Below, in pieces: positions 1 to 10,270 of a DNA stretch of 64,000 nucleotides. The position numbers and the translations under genes are program-made. Position 1 is the first letter of the stretch, and each line of letters starts with the position of its first letter. This DNA is from Candidatus Cloacimonadota bacterium (GTDB taxonomy: Bacteria > Cloacimonadota > Cloacimonadia > JGIOTU-2). The notes beneath the pieces are model-generated. The model saw only the letters and a program-made list of their open reading frames with translations. It did not search any database and had not been told where the DNA came from. The DNA lies in assembly GCA_049903315.1 (NCBI GenBank), contig JBNGBT010000007.1, forward strand, positions 32,360-96,359, read 5' to 3'.

Positions 1-2
1 TC

Positions 3-176
3 AAGCAGAAAACGGAACGGCATCTTATAAAAGATAAAGACAGGATTATGAAAGAAGAGGGTAGGAATCTGAAATTTGCACTTGATAATCTGGCTAAATA
101 TTACGAAGGCAATCAATCTATGATTGACAGAATTGATTATTTGAGACAGTATTTTTTTGCTGAAAACAGTAATTAA
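3..176 (+). CDS. 3' end of a hypothetical protein truncated by the window edge
   Basis: Open frame from the window start (KQKTERHLIKDK...QYFFAENSN) ending in TAA at 174-176; not in the ORF track because it lacks a start. Confidence 0.55.
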   Translation, partial: KQKTERHLIKDKDRIMKEEGRNLKFALDNLAKYYEGNQSMIDRIDYLRQYFFAENSN

Positions 177-252
177 CGAAAAACTCTTTAATTTTCTTTA
201 CTATCCTAGAGGTGCCCTTTTTAAATAGGTATTTTTAAGGAACTTAGAGATA

Positions 253-1896
253 ATGCATAAAAAGAAATATGAAGATCTTGTAAAGAAGTTAAGAGAGAAA
301 TATCCTGAGCGCCAGAAAGAATTTATTACAGGCTCCTCAGAAGAAGTACAACGTCTATATACACCAGAAGATACAAAAGAAATAGATTATGACAGGGATA
401 TTGGATATCCCGGACTCTATCCTTTCACGCGCGGTGTCCAGCCAACAATGTACAGAGGAAGGTTGTGGACAATGCGCCAGTATGCTGGATTCGGTACAGC
501 AGAAGAATCGAACCAACGATATAAATTTCTCCTCTCACAAGGTCAGACCGGTTTATCCATTGCTTTTGACCTTTGTACACAAATTGGGTATGATTCTGAT
601 GATCCGATATGTGTTGGGGAAGTGGGGAAGGTAGGAGTGGCAATTGACTCTCTCGCAGATATGGAAATTCTTTTTGACGGTATCCCACTTGATAAAGTAT
701 CAACTTCTATGACCATCAACGCTCCTGCTGCGATCGTTCTTGCAATGTATATAGCTGTTGCAGAAAAACAAGGCGTCGCACTGGATCAATTAACAGGTAC
801 GATCCAGAATGATATTCTCAAAGAATACATCGCTCGTGGCACCTATATATTTCCTATAAAACCTTCAATGAGGCTCATCACGAATATTTTTGAGTATTGC
901 TCGAAACATGTGCCAAATTGGAACACGATCTCCGTATCTGGCTATCATATCAGAGAAGCTGGTTCAACTGCAGCAGAGGAAATTGCATTTACTCTTGCTG
1001 ATGGTATTGCATATGTACAGGCAGCTATAGATGCAGGATTGGAAGTTGATGACTTCGCTCCCCGAATCTCGTTCTTTTTCAATGCTCAGAACGATCTCTT
1101 TGAAGAGGTTGCTAAATTCCGTGCTGCAAGGCGGTTATGGGCGCAAATCATGAAAGACAGATTTCATTCGAATAATCCTAAATCTCAAATGTTACGCTTT
1201 CATACACAAACAGGCGGCTCTACGCTTACTGCTCAACAATCCGACAATAATATCGTAAGGATCACGATTCAAGCTCTTGCAGCGGTTCTTGGAGGCACAC
1301 AATCCCTTCATACAAACTCACGGGACGAAGCACTCGCGCTTCCTACTGAGGAATCTGTTCGGATCGCACTTCGGACACAGCAAATACTTGGATTTGAAAG
1401 TGGTGTTACAAATACTATCGATCCACTCGCGGGTTCATATTTTGTAGAAAAAATGACTGAAGAAATCGAAAAAAAAGCAAAAAAACACATTCGGCGAATT
1501 GATGAACTTGGTGGAATGGTTGAAGCTATTGAAAAGGGATATGTACAAAAACAAATCCAGGATAGCGCTTACAAGTATCAGAAGCAGATCGAGAAAAATG
1601 AACGAATAATTGTCGGAGTTAATAAATTTACTACTGAAAAGGAATCACCAAAAAACTTACTTCGAGTTGATGAAAAAGTTGAACAACTACAAGTTAAAAA
1701 ATTGCACAAGATAAAAGCTCAAAGAGATGAGAAAAAAGTGCATGAAAATCTAGAAAAAATACGTAAAATTTCTCGAACTGAAGAGAACCTCATTCCGTCA
1801 ATTCTCGAAGCTGTGAAGACCTATGCCACTCTTGGTGAAATTTGTAATGTGTTACGTGAGGAATTTGGTGAATATAGCGAACAAATTGTTTTTTAA
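253..1896 (+). CDS. Methylmalonyl-CoA mutase, substrate-binding (N-terminal) subunit, split type
   Basis: [49 protein letters not shown] and [15 protein letters not shown] motifs; Tyr in RQYAG and Arg in ARGTY indicate methylmalonyl-CoA rather than isobutyryl-CoA specificity. Confidence 0.93.
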   Translation: MHKKKYEDLVKKLREKYPERQKEFITGSSEEVQRLYTPEDTKEIDYDRDIGYPGLYPFTRGVQPTMYRGRLWTMRQYAGFGTAEESNQRYKFLLSQGQTGLSIAFDLCTQIGYDSDDPICVGEVGKVGVAIDSLADMEILFDGIPLDKVSTSMTINAPAAIVLAMYIAVAEKQGVALDQLTGTIQNDILKEYIARGTYIFPIKPSMRLITNIFEYCSKHVPNWNTISVSGYHIREAGSTAAEEIAFTLADGIAYVQAAIDAGLEVDDFAPRISFFFNAQNDLFEEVAKFRAARRLWAQIMKDRFHSNNPKSQMLRFHTQTGGSTLTAQQSDNNIVRITIQALAAVLGGTQSLHTNSRDEALALPTEESVRIALRTQQILGFESGVTNTIDPLAGSYFVEKMTEEIEKKAKKHIRRIDELGGMVEAIEKGYVQKQIQDSAYKYQKQIEKNERIIVGVNKFTTEKESPKNLLRVDEKVEQLQVKKLHKIKAQRDEKKVHENLEKIRKISRTEENLIPSILEAVKTYATLGEICNVLREEFGEYSEQIVF

Positions 1897-1911
1897 GAGA
1901 ATCGTAATAAT

Positions 1912-2307
1912 ATGAAAAAAATAAAAATATTAATTGCAAAACCTGGCCTTGATGGACATGACAGGGGAGCGAAATTTGTTTCTCAAGTCCTCAGGAATGC
2001 CGGTTATGAAGTCATATATACAGGCATTCGTCAAACACCAGAACAAATAGTCACTTCTGCGATACAAGAGGACGTAGATTTTCTTGGAATGAGTATCCTG
2101 TCCGGTGCACATAATGTGCTCTTCAAAAAAGTTATGGATATCCTCCGAAATGAAAATACGGATGATATAATTGTGTTTGCCGGGGGCGTTATACCTGAGG
2201 ATGATATACCGTATTTGAAATCGCTGGGTATCAAAGAAATTTTCACGCCCGGAACCTCTTCGAAAAAAATAATTGAATTTATTGAAAACAATGCATCAAA
2301 AGAGTAA
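1912..2307 (+). CDS. Methylmalonyl-CoA mutase cobalamin-binding subunit
   Basis: KPGLDGHDRG (DxHxxG B12 motif), SILSGAH, GGVIP; directly follows the large subunit. Confidence 0.93.
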   Translation: MKKIKILIAKPGLDGHDRGAKFVSQVLRNAGYEVIYTGIRQTPEQIVTSAIQEDVDFLGMSILSGAHNVLFKKVMDILRNENTDDIIVFAGGVIPEDDIPYLKSLGIKEIFTPGTSSKKIIEFIENNASKE

Positions 2308-2325
2308 TAAATTATAGGAGATCTT

Positions 2326-3705
2326 ATGGTTAAATATCCTGTTGAACCGTTTAAAATAAAGATGGTCGAACCCATTAAAATATTGGATAGAGAACAAAGG
2401 ATCAAAAAGATCAAGCAGGCAAAATATAATCTTTTCAATCTAAAAGCTGAGGATATTTTTATCGATCTTCTTACCGACAGCGGAACTTCTGCTATGAGCG
2501 ACTCACAATGGGCTGGTATCATGCGGGGTGATGAATCCTATGCAGGAAGCAGGAGTTATTTGCATTTCGAGCGATCAGTCAAAAATATCTTCGGTTATGA
2601 AAATATCATTCCAACCCATCAGGGAAGAGCTGCAGAAGCAATTTTATTTTCGACTATTCTCAAGCCCGGTGATTATGTGCCAAGCAATATTCATTTTGAT
2701 ACCACTGAGGGAAACATACGCAATAATGGTGGAATTCCAGTGGCGTGTGTGATTGATGAAGGATTGGATCCAGCAAGTATTTATCCATTCAAAGGAAATA
2801 TCGATCTTAATAAATTACAAAAGCTGGTAGATGAAGTTGGCGTTGAGAATATCCCAATTGCTATGATCACAATTACCAATAACAGTGGGGGTGGTCAGCC
2901 GGTTTCGTTGGAAAATATCAAACAGGTTTATCATTTTTGGAAAAAACTGAACGTCCCGTTCTTTATTGATGCGTGCCGTTATGCAGAGAATGCGTATTTC
3001 ATAAAGATGAGAGAAAAGGAATACGAAAATTCATCAATTGAAGAAATTGCAAAAGAAATATTTGCGCACGCTGATGGTGCGACTATGTCAGCAAAAAAGG
3101 ATGCATTGGTGAATATTGGCGGCTTTATCACATTGAAAGACAGTGAGCTTGCTCAAAGACTCATAAGCAAACTCATTATCACAGAAGGTTTTAAAACCTA
3201 TGGAGGATTATCCGGACGCGATCTCGAGGCTGTTGCAATCGGTTTACAGGAAGGATTGAACGAAGATTACTTGAGATATAGGATCGAGCAAACTGCATAT
3301 CTCGGTGAAAGTCTATTGGAGAAGGGCATCCCAATTGTACGCCCTCCCGGGGGTCATGCGATTTATATCGACGCACTCTCTGTACTTCCAGATATCCCTC
3401 AGAAATATTTCCCTGCACAAGCCCTTGCTATAGCATTGTACATTGAAGGTGGAATACGCGGAGTTGAGATTGGCAGTATCATGTTTGCATATAATGATGA
3501 AAAAACTGGAGAAACCATCTATCCCAAACTAGAACTTGTGCGCCTTGCAATACCGCGCCGTGTATATACGAGAGCGCATCTCGATTGTGTTGTTAAAACT
3601 GTGAAGAAAGTCATGGATAACAGACATCACCTGAAGGGATTACGTATAACTTATCAACCAAAATTACTCAGACATTTTACTGTTGAGTTAGAAGAAATTT
3701 CATAG
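2326..3705 (+). CDS. tnaA: Tryptophanase (PLP beta-eliminating lyase)
   Basis: IDLLTDSGT, PTHQGRAAE, MSAKKD (PLP lysine). HFDTT, VEIGS and LRHFT are the tryptophanase-type residues; tyrosine phenol-lyase has FTTT, MERG and LRFFT. Confidence 0.88.
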   Translation: MVKYPVEPFKIKMVEPIKILDREQRIKKIKQAKYNLFNLKAEDIFIDLLTDSGTSAMSDSQWAGIMRGDESYAGSRSYLHFERSVKNIFGYENIIPTHQGRAAEAILFSTILKPGDYVPSNIHFDTTEGNIRNNGGIPVACVIDEGLDPASIYPFKGNIDLNKLQKLVDEVGVENIPIAMITITNNSGGGQPVSLENIKQVYHFWKKLNVPFFIDACRYAENAYFIKMREKEYENSSIEEIAKEIFAHADGATMSAKKDALVNIGGFITLKDSELAQRLISKLIITEGFKTYGGLSGRDLEAVAIGLQEGLNEDYLRYRIEQTAYLGESLLEKGIPIVRPPGGHAIYIDALSVLPDIPQKYFPAQALAIALYIEGGIRGVEIGSIMFAYNDEKTGETIYPKLELVRLAIPRRVYTRAHLDCVVKTVKKVMDNRHHLKGLRITYQPKLLRHFTVELEEIS

Positions 3706-3713
3706 GACAAAAA

Positions 3714-4943
3714 ATGGGTAAAACAATTGTAGAAAAAATAATTCAGCTCCATTCTGAAGAAGAAGCCGTAGCTGGTAAGATAGTATGGATGAAACTCGAT
3801 GTTCGTACTGCCCGTGATTTTGGCGGACCAAATGTGGTTAAAAATTTAGAAAAACACTATCCTGACGCAGAATTGCCGGACAAAGAAAACGTATTTTTTA
3901 CTTTCGATACTGTCGCACCTGCCAAAACAATTCCTTATGCAAATAATCAGCAAATTTGCCGTGAGTTTGCGAACAAGAACGGGCTCAAAGTTTATGATGT
4001 GGATGCAGGTATCGGCACACATATTCTTATGGAAAAAGGATTTGCACGACCCGGCAGAACTCTGGTCGGAACCGACAGCCATTTTAACATTCTTGGAGCA
4101 GTTAATGCTTTTGGACAAGGCATGGGTGATCAGGATATTGCATTCGGATTCAGTACAGGGAGAACATGGTTTGAAGTTCCGGAAACCATAAAAGTAAATC
4201 TTAAAGGCACATTCTCGTATCCTGCCACAGGGAAGGACCTTGTTCTCTACATTCTTAAAAGGATCGGCAGTAAAGGGGCACTTGGCAAATGTATTGAATA
4301 TTATGGTGAGTGCTTGCAGGATTTGACTTTTTCCGATTATATAACTTTGTGCAGCATGATGACTGAAATGGGTGGTATCGTTGCATTTCCCGAGCAAAAT
4401 GCTCAAGTCAGTCAATGGCTGAAAGAACGAACAGGCGAAAATCTTCAATTCATTATTGCTGATAATGATGCTCAATATACTGAAGAAATTGAAATCGATG
4501 TTTCGGGATTACAACCTCAAATCGCATGCCCGCCAAAACCGGATAATGTTAAAGATGTTTCTGAACTTAAAGGATTAAAAGTCGGCTCAATTTTTGTGGG
4601 CTCTTGTACGAATGGTCGTATTGAGGATATGCGTTATCTTGCCGATATTCTGAAAGATAATCATGTTGCAGAAGGTATAATGCTTCGAGTCGTTCCTGCC
4701 ACACGAGAGGTTTATGGGCAAATGCTCAAAGAAGGTCTGATAGATATTCTTTTCAACGCCGGTGCTATTGTATCGAATCCGGGATGTGGCGGCTGTGCAT
4801 CAGGACAGATTGGTATGACTGGTAAAGGTGAAGTTCAAATCTCTACATCAAATAGAAATTTCAAAGGCAAACAAGGTGATGGTGAAACCTATCTGGCAAG
4901 TCCTGTCACTGCAGCATTTGCCGCAATAAAAGGGGAGTTATAA
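3714..4943 (+). CDS. Aconitase-family dehydratase large subunit (LeuC/HacA-like, atypical active site)
   Basis: GTDSH, GSCTNGR, PGCGGC and STSNRNFKG [4Fe-4S] hydro-lyase motifs; YLASP at the C-terminus. Confidence 0.88.
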   Translation: MGKTIVEKIIQLHSEEEAVAGKIVWMKLDVRTARDFGGPNVVKNLEKHYPDAELPDKENVFFTFDTVAPAKTIPYANNQQICREFANKNGLKVYDVDAGIGTHILMEKGFARPGRTLVGTDSHFNILGAVNAFGQGMGDQDIAFGFSTGRTWFEVPETIKVNLKGTFSYPATGKDLVLYILKRIGSKGALGKCIEYYGECLQDLTFSDYITLCSMMTEMGGIVAFPEQNAQVSQWLKERTGENLQFIIADNDAQYTEEIEIDVSGLQPQIACPPKPDNVKDVSELKGLKVGSIFVGSCTNGRIEDMRYLADILKDNHVAEGIMLRVVPATREVYGQMLKEGLIDILFNAGAIVSNPGCGGCASGQIGMTGKGEVQISTSNRNFKGKQGDGETYLASPVTAAFAAIKGEL

Positions 4944-4951
4944 ATAAACAT

Positions 4952-6178
4952 ATGAAGAACCTGTTTTTATTACTGCCACTGGTCATCGTTTTGTTTTCGT
5001 GCACACACAAAGACCAGGTTACCGAAATTGAAACTCCAGATCCCTACGATCATGTGTATGGAAAACTCAAAACCGGTAAATCACTTTATTCTATCCTTCT
5101 TGATAATGATATCTCCTATCAGGATGCATACAAAATCACAAAAGAGTTAAATACCCTTTATGATTTGAGATATTCACATCCAAATGATAGTTTTCATCTG
5201 AAGATTGATAGTCTCGGAGTTGTACAAATCATTGAATATTCTCCAAATAAAATTGATAAATATATTGTTGCCCGGGATTCGACTGATGAATTTGACGTAT
5301 TTCAGGAGAAGCTTGTGCTTGAAAAAGATATCCTGTTACATACGACTATTCTGAAATCATCTCTCTATGAAACATTAGTTGATGGAGGATTAGATCCGCA
5401 ATTGGTTATGAAGTTCAGTGATATTTTTCAGTGGGATATTGATTTTTTTATTGATCCCCGCGAAGGTGACACCTGCTCTATAATATATGAAGCTTTCAGT
5501 CATGATGGGGAAATCCTGAAATATGGAAATATTTTGGGAGCATCTTACCAAGGTAAACTCTTTGATCTCACTGCTTATTACTATGATAACGGCGGGAAAG
5601 AGCACGGATATTACGCCCGTGATGGTGAATCCTTCCAAAAAGCATTCCTGCGATCTCCATTAAATTACTCATACATCAGCTCATATTTTGGAATGCGGCT
5701 TCATCCGATAACAAAACAGGTATGGTTACACAGCGGTGTAGATTATGCTGCACCTCTTGGAACTCCTGTTGTCAGTTCCGCAGATGGAACAGTAATTCAT
5801 AAAGGCTGGAAGGGTGGACATCCCACGCCAAAAGGAAACACCGGAGGTTATGGCAACACTGTGATGATCCGCCATACTAACGGTTTTAAAACACTCTATG
5901 GCCACTTGAATGCGTATGCCAGAAATCTCTACGTCGGCAAACGGGTGCTTCAGGGAGAAGTGATAGGGTATGTTGGCTCAACCGGTTGGTCCACAGGTCC
6001 ACACTTGCATTACACGATCTATCAGCATGATAGCCCAATTGATCCTCTCTCACTAAATAATGTTTCGGGTCCTCCCATCCCAAAAGAATATTTGGATGAA
6101 TTCATGGATTCTGTACATCATATTGACACACTCTTCAAAGAATCGAGAAAAACGTTTCTGCAATCAATTTTTGGATAA
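4952..6178 (+). CDS. M23 family peptidoglycan DD-endopeptidase (MepM-like lipoprotein)
   Basis: Lipobox LFSC, HSGVDY (HxxxD), YGHL, STGPHLHY (HxH). Confidence 0.9.
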   Translation: MKNLFLLLPLVIVLFSCTHKDQVTEIETPDPYDHVYGKLKTGKSLYSILLDNDISYQDAYKITKELNTLYDLRYSHPNDSFHLKIDSLGVVQIIEYSPNKIDKYIVARDSTDEFDVFQEKLVLEKDILLHTTILKSSLYETLVDGGLDPQLVMKFSDIFQWDIDFFIDPREGDTCSIIYEAFSHDGEILKYGNILGASYQGKLFDLTAYYYDNGGKEHGYYARDGESFQKAFLRSPLNYSYISSYFGMRLHPITKQVWLHSGVDYAAPLGTPVVSSADGTVIHKGWKGGHPTPKGNTGGYGNTVMIRHTNGFKTLYGHLNAYARNLYVGKRVLQGEVIGYVGSTGWSTGPHLHYTIYQHDSPIDPLSLNNVSGPPIPKEYLDEFMDSVHHIDTLFKESRKTFLQSIFG

Positions 6179-6267
6179 AATGAACATGTTTGGAAAAATA
6201 GAGCATCTTAGGGATTTAATAAGCAAAAAATTTGACAGTTTATCAAGAGGAGCACGTTTTATCTATA

Positions 6268-6783
6268 ATGCAAAAGAATTGTAAAATAACTGGTAAGATT
6301 TGGCTCATTATTGACTATCAAAATACTCTTATTAATGACATTGACACTGATATGATATTTCATAATCAGTATCTTGCAATCACGGATATCAATAAAATGG
6401 GGCAATATACTTTTGATAATCTCGATGGTTGGAAAGATTTTTCACATAAAGCTCAGAAAGGTGATATCGTTGTAGTTGGGAAAAATTTTGGTGCAGGATC
6501 CTCACGGCAGCAAGCTGTAGATTGCTTTGCATCTCTTGGTATTCAAGCCATTCTCGCAGAATCCTTTGGAGCAATCTATAAAAGGAATGCTATTAACTCA
6601 GGATTACCAATCTTAACTATTACAGATATTGATCTTTCAAAACTATCACAACGGGAAGAGATCACTATTGACCTTAAAAAGGGAACTGTTTCAAATCCAC
6701 ACATTCGGATTGAACCATTTTCTAAAGTACAACTTGATATTTATCAAGCAGGCAATTTGTTTGCTTTTGGCAAAAGAAATTAG
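6268..6783 (+). CDS. Aconitase-family dehydratase small subunit (LeuD/HacB-like)
   Basis: DIDTDMI, GKNFGAGSSRQQA, AESFGAIYKRNAINSGLP. ATG at 6268 is preferred over the TTG at 6232, which coincides with a TTGACA hexamer. Confidence 0.87.
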   Translation: MQKNCKITGKIWLIIDYQNTLINDIDTDMIFHNQYLAITDINKMGQYTFDNLDGWKDFSHKAQKGDIVVVGKNFGAGSSRQQAVDCFASLGIQAILAESFGAIYKRNAINSGLPILTITDIDLSKLSQREEITIDLKKGTVSNPHIRIEPFSKVQLDIYQAGNLFAFGKRN

Positions 6784-6818
6784 AGAAATAAAAAAACATA
6801 AAGAAAGGAGCAACAAAA

Positions 6819-9623
6819 GTGAAAGTTTGTAGTAAATTTGGACTATTACTTTTGATGTTCATGCTGCTACTGGTGAGTTCTGCATTTGGGATATTGCTTC
6901 CCAATAATGAACCTGTTGAAGGGCTGAGAGTTGAAGATGTTCCTCATGATGATGGTGGAGGGCTCATGCTGAGCTGGAAGCCTCTCCCAAAAGAAAAGCG
7001 CATCATTGAATACCGTATTTACCGCGGCTATACTCCCGATAGTTTATTCTATATCGGAAAGATCCCGGTAGATGCCAAAACAGGTGTTGCAGCTGATACA
7101 ATGAGATATATTGATCAGGGTTGGACATTTTTTGTCGATGCAACCTCACATGCCAAGCTGAAACATGAAAAGGGGCAGAAAAAAGGAACAATAGGAGCAG
7201 AAGTGCTCTTTCGTACCGTTCCTCGTGACATGAAAATCTATGGTCCTATGATGGATCATTATCGCATGCTTGCCGTTATCCCTGATAAAGAATATGTTTA
7301 TCACACGAAGATGAGAGAGTTCACTGATATTGATACAACTGAGGATGGCACTATTGATACGACATCTACGATTCTTGCAGGAATGAAACTTGAGCAGGTC
7401 AAGTATATTCTTACTAAACTGACAGTTGGTAAAGACTATTATTATGCAATTCAAGCACTCAATATGAACCGTAGTGCATCACCTCTTTCTGAAATAGCAA
7501 CTGGACAAACGGTCGATGATCCTCCAGAAAAATTAAAAGAATTCTATGCAGTTGCTGTGACCGATAAGGAGCAGCTTCAGTTCGAATGGTCGTTGCCAGT
7601 ATTTACTTCCGACCAAAAACAATTTAATATTTACCTTTATGATGAATTCGATGATCAGCATCTTATATTTACCCGTCCGGATGCATATCCATACACTCCC
7701 CAGACCAATGCTATTGTTCCTTTCGATTCTATCGCAGCACGTTTTGAAGCATTTAATTCCGCAAATATGAAGTGGTATAAATTCAATATCGGAGAACAGG
7801 ATAGACAGGATCAGGAAACCCTTGCAAAAGATGAACCTATCCCAGCTGAAATCATCACTTCTTCTATGCTGCCCAAACCTCCTATTCATTTCACCGTAAA
7901 AGATCAGCCAAATGATAAAGGTGATCAATTGCAGGTTTTCTTTGGATATCCATATTATGGTCTTTCAAAATTATCCTATAATGATGCTTTTACAAAACTG
8001 ACGGTTAATTATTTCATTACTGAAAATTCCATGTACGAAGTAGACCGACTTATCCTTTCAATCAATGGAATAACGAAAACTGAATATGTGCTTGATAATA
8101 AACTCGATTTCAAGGTCAATTGGGATTATAGTAAGCCAATGAAGATCACAGGAAGTTTTGTCTGTAAACATAAAGGACAAGCACCCTTACCGGAAGATTA
8201 TACAATAACTCATACCTTTATTTTTGATCAGGAAATGCAGGTGGTCCTCGTTGACACTCCTCCTAATGAGCAGATGAAGGAATTTGAAGATTATTACTTC
8301 CAAGTTTACAAGATAAATCATACAAGTGATGTGTATAGATATGCAAAACAGATGTCTTTTAGAGAGCGGGAATATATAGATAAAGTGTCATATGAAACCG
8401 TTCAATTTCGTGGAAGACCCCGTTTCTCTCTCGAAGAAAAGCGACTTTATTTCAGTACATATTTAAGCATTGAAAATTATAAAGATCAGTATCCCTTCTA
8501 CACTCAAGCGCTCTATCTCGATCAACTCAAACAACAGGATGAAGAAATTAAAGAAGAAATCGCAAAACTACAAGCAGAGTTAGAAACCGAAACTGATAAA
8601 GTAGAGATAGAGAAAATTGAAGATCGTATAGATCTTTTCACTGATTATCTTAATGAAAAACCAGCGATCGTCAAAGAAGCAAATCTCTTAAATACTGATA
8701 AAGAAAGAATGAAAATGCTCTATGATGTTCATTGCAAAAATATTCGTTCTTTCAAATATTATATCAGAAAGACTGACGGACGAGGGCACTTTATCGATAC
8801 TCCTGTATATACAGATCCTAATGGCGAACAGTATATCTCTCCCAAACAGAATTGGTTCAACACTGATGAAATAATCACTTTCATTGCAGTGCTTTTATTT
8901 GGAGCGCTCGTGTACTTTATGATCAAAGCAGCGCGCAAAGGAAAGAGGTTATATATCAGACCTATCGCAGGTATTCAGGAGATTGATAATGCGATTGGAC
9001 GAGCTACAGAAATGGGAAGACCAATCCTCTTCGTTCCAGGTTTAAGCGGCATCAGTGACGTGGCAACACTTGCAGGATTAGCGATTCTTAGCAAAGTTGC
9101 GAAGAAAGCTGCTGAATACGACACAAAAATACTCGTTCCATGCCGCGATTTCATCGTACTTCCTATTGCTCAGGAAACTGTAAAAGAAGCACACTATGAA
9201 GCTGGTCGTCCTGATACGTATGATAAAAACAGCGTATTCTTCATCACACAAGCACAGTTCGCTTTTGTAGCTGGTGTGAACGGCATAATGATTCGTGAAA
9301 AAACAGCAACGAACTTCTATATGGGAATGTTCTGGGCTGAATCTCTTCTTATGACAGAAACCGGAAGTATGACAGGTGCAATTCAGATTGCTGGAACTGA
9401 TGCAGTCAATCAGCTGCCTTTCTTCATCACAACATGTGACTATACTCTTATTGGCGAAGAACTCTATGCAGCAAGCGCTTATCTCTCAAATCAACCGCTG
9501 ATTCTTGGTACTCTCAAAGCTCAAGACTATATGAAACTGATTATTGTTCTTACCGTGATCCTTGGCACTATCCTCTCAACTGTTCACCTTACGTTCTTTA
9601 TGAACTGGTTCCCGACCAAATAG
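6819..9623 (+). CDS. Large membrane-anchored protein: signal peptide, Fn3-like extracytoplasmic repeats, coiled coil, C-terminal DUF6754-type domain
   Basis: AGGAG RBS and GTG start; hydrophobic N-terminus; repeated V.D.P.D.G..L motif; TM helix then IRPIAGIQEIDNAIGRATEMGRP...LPFFITTCDYTLIGEELYAASAYLS, recognised from memory as DUF6754. Confidence 0.7.
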   Translation: MKVCSKFGLLLLMFMLLLVSSAFGILLPNNEPVEGLRVEDVPHDDGGGLMLSWKPLPKEKRIIEYRIYRGYTPDSLFYIGKIPVDAKTGVAADTMRYIDQGWTFFVDATSHAKLKHEKGQKKGTIGAEVLFRTVPRDMKIYGPMMDHYRMLAVIPDKEYVYHTKMREFTDIDTTEDGTIDTTSTILAGMKLEQVKYILTKLTVGKDYYYAIQALNMNRSASPLSEIATGQTVDDPPEKLKEFYAVAVTDKEQLQFEWSLPVFTSDQKQFNIYLYDEFDDQHLIFTRPDAYPYTPQTNAIVPFDSIAARFEAFNSANMKWYKFNIGEQDRQDQETLAKDEPIPAEIITSSMLPKPPIHFTVKDQPNDKGDQLQVFFGYPYYGLSKLSYNDAFTKLTVNYFITENSMYEVDRLILSINGITKTEYVLDNKLDFKVNWDYSKPMKITGSFVCKHKGQAPLPEDYTITHTFIFDQEMQVVLVDTPPNEQMKEFEDYYFQVYKINHTSDVYRYAKQMSFREREYIDKVSYETVQFRGRPRFSLEEKRLYFSTYLSIENYKDQYPFYTQALYLDQLKQQDEEIKEEIAKLQAELETETDKVEIEKIEDRIDLFTDYLNEKPAIVKEANLLNTDKERMKMLYDVHCKNIRSFKYYIRKTDGRGHFIDTPVYTDPNGEQYISPKQNWFNTDEIITFIAVLLFGALVYFMIKAARKGKRLYIRPIAGIQEIDNAIGRATEMGRPILFVPGLSGISDVATLAGLAILSKVAKKAAEYDTKILVPCRDFIVLPIAQETVKEAHYEAGRPDTYDKNSVFFITQAQFAFVAGVNGIMIREKTATNFYMGMFWAESLLMTETGSMTGAIQIAGTDAVNQLPFFITTCDYTLIGEELYAASAYLSNQPLILGTLKAQDYMKLIIVLTVILGTILSTVHLTFFMNWFPTK

Positions 9624-9637
9624 AAAGGAGTATCATA

Positions 9638-10261
9638 ATGAAAAGACAAATACCTTTATTTATAGTTTTGATACTTGGTTTACTTTTCGTAGCTCATGTA
9701 TTTATTCCAAGCAAGCTCTCTTCTGACTACCTTGACTGGTTCATGAAATGGACGAAAGTCATTGGTCCTTTCGCAATCGTACTTGGTGTATTCAGTCTTG
9801 TACTTGTACACTATAATAAAATAAAACGTAAAGCTCCAAACTGGGGATATAGTATTGTGACACTTGCAGCGTTGGTGATAACAACATCGGTTGGCTTCAT
9901 CTGGGGTATCCAGGAGGGTACTCCATATATGTGGATTTTTGAAAACTTCAATGTTCCACTCGGGGCGACTATGTTCTCATTGCTGGCTTTTTATATAGCA
10001 TCTGCAGCATACAAAGCGTTCCGTGCTCGATCTGTCGAAGCAACTGTGCTGCTTATCGCAGCTATAATTGTCATGCTTGGTCGTGTTTCCATCGGACAGG
10101 CAATTACTCATTGGATTCCGGACATTACAGAATGGATCCTTAATGTTCCTAATCTCGCAGCTAAGCGCGGTATTGCGCTTGGTGTAGGACTTGGTATGAC
10201 TGCAACGTCCCTTAAGATCATGCTTGGGATTGAGCGATCATATCTTGGTGGAAGGGATTAA
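9638..10261 (+). CDS. Conserved hypothetical polytopic membrane protein (about 6 TM)
   Basis: AGGAG RBS; multiple hydrophobic helices; TMFSLLAFYIASAAYKAFRARSVEATVLL segment. Confidence 0.75.
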   Translation: MKRQIPLFIVLILGLLFVAHVFIPSKLSSDYLDWFMKWTKVIGPFAIVLGVFSLVLVHYNKIKRKAPNWGYSIVTLAALVITTSVGFIWGIQEGTPYMWIFENFNVPLGATMFSLLAFYIASAAYKAFRARSVEATVLLIAAIIVMLGRVSIGQAITHWIPDITEWILNVPNLAAKRGIALGVGLGMTATSLKIMLGIERSYLGGRD

Positions 10262-10270
10262 GGGGGTATA

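Noticed and set aside
253..1896. Isobutyryl-CoA or 2-hydroxyisobutyryl-CoA mutase call
   Set aside because: Tyr in RQYAG and Arg in ARGTY are the methylmalonyl-CoA-type residues.
2326..3705. Tyrosine phenol-lyase call
   Set aside because: Specificity residues (FDTT, VEIG, LRHF) match tryptophanase.
3846..4475. Long antisense ORFs such as 3846-4475 (-), 49277-49945 (+) and 54585-55136 (-)
   Set aside because: They are shadows of well-supported genes on the opposite strand and have no recognisable motifs.
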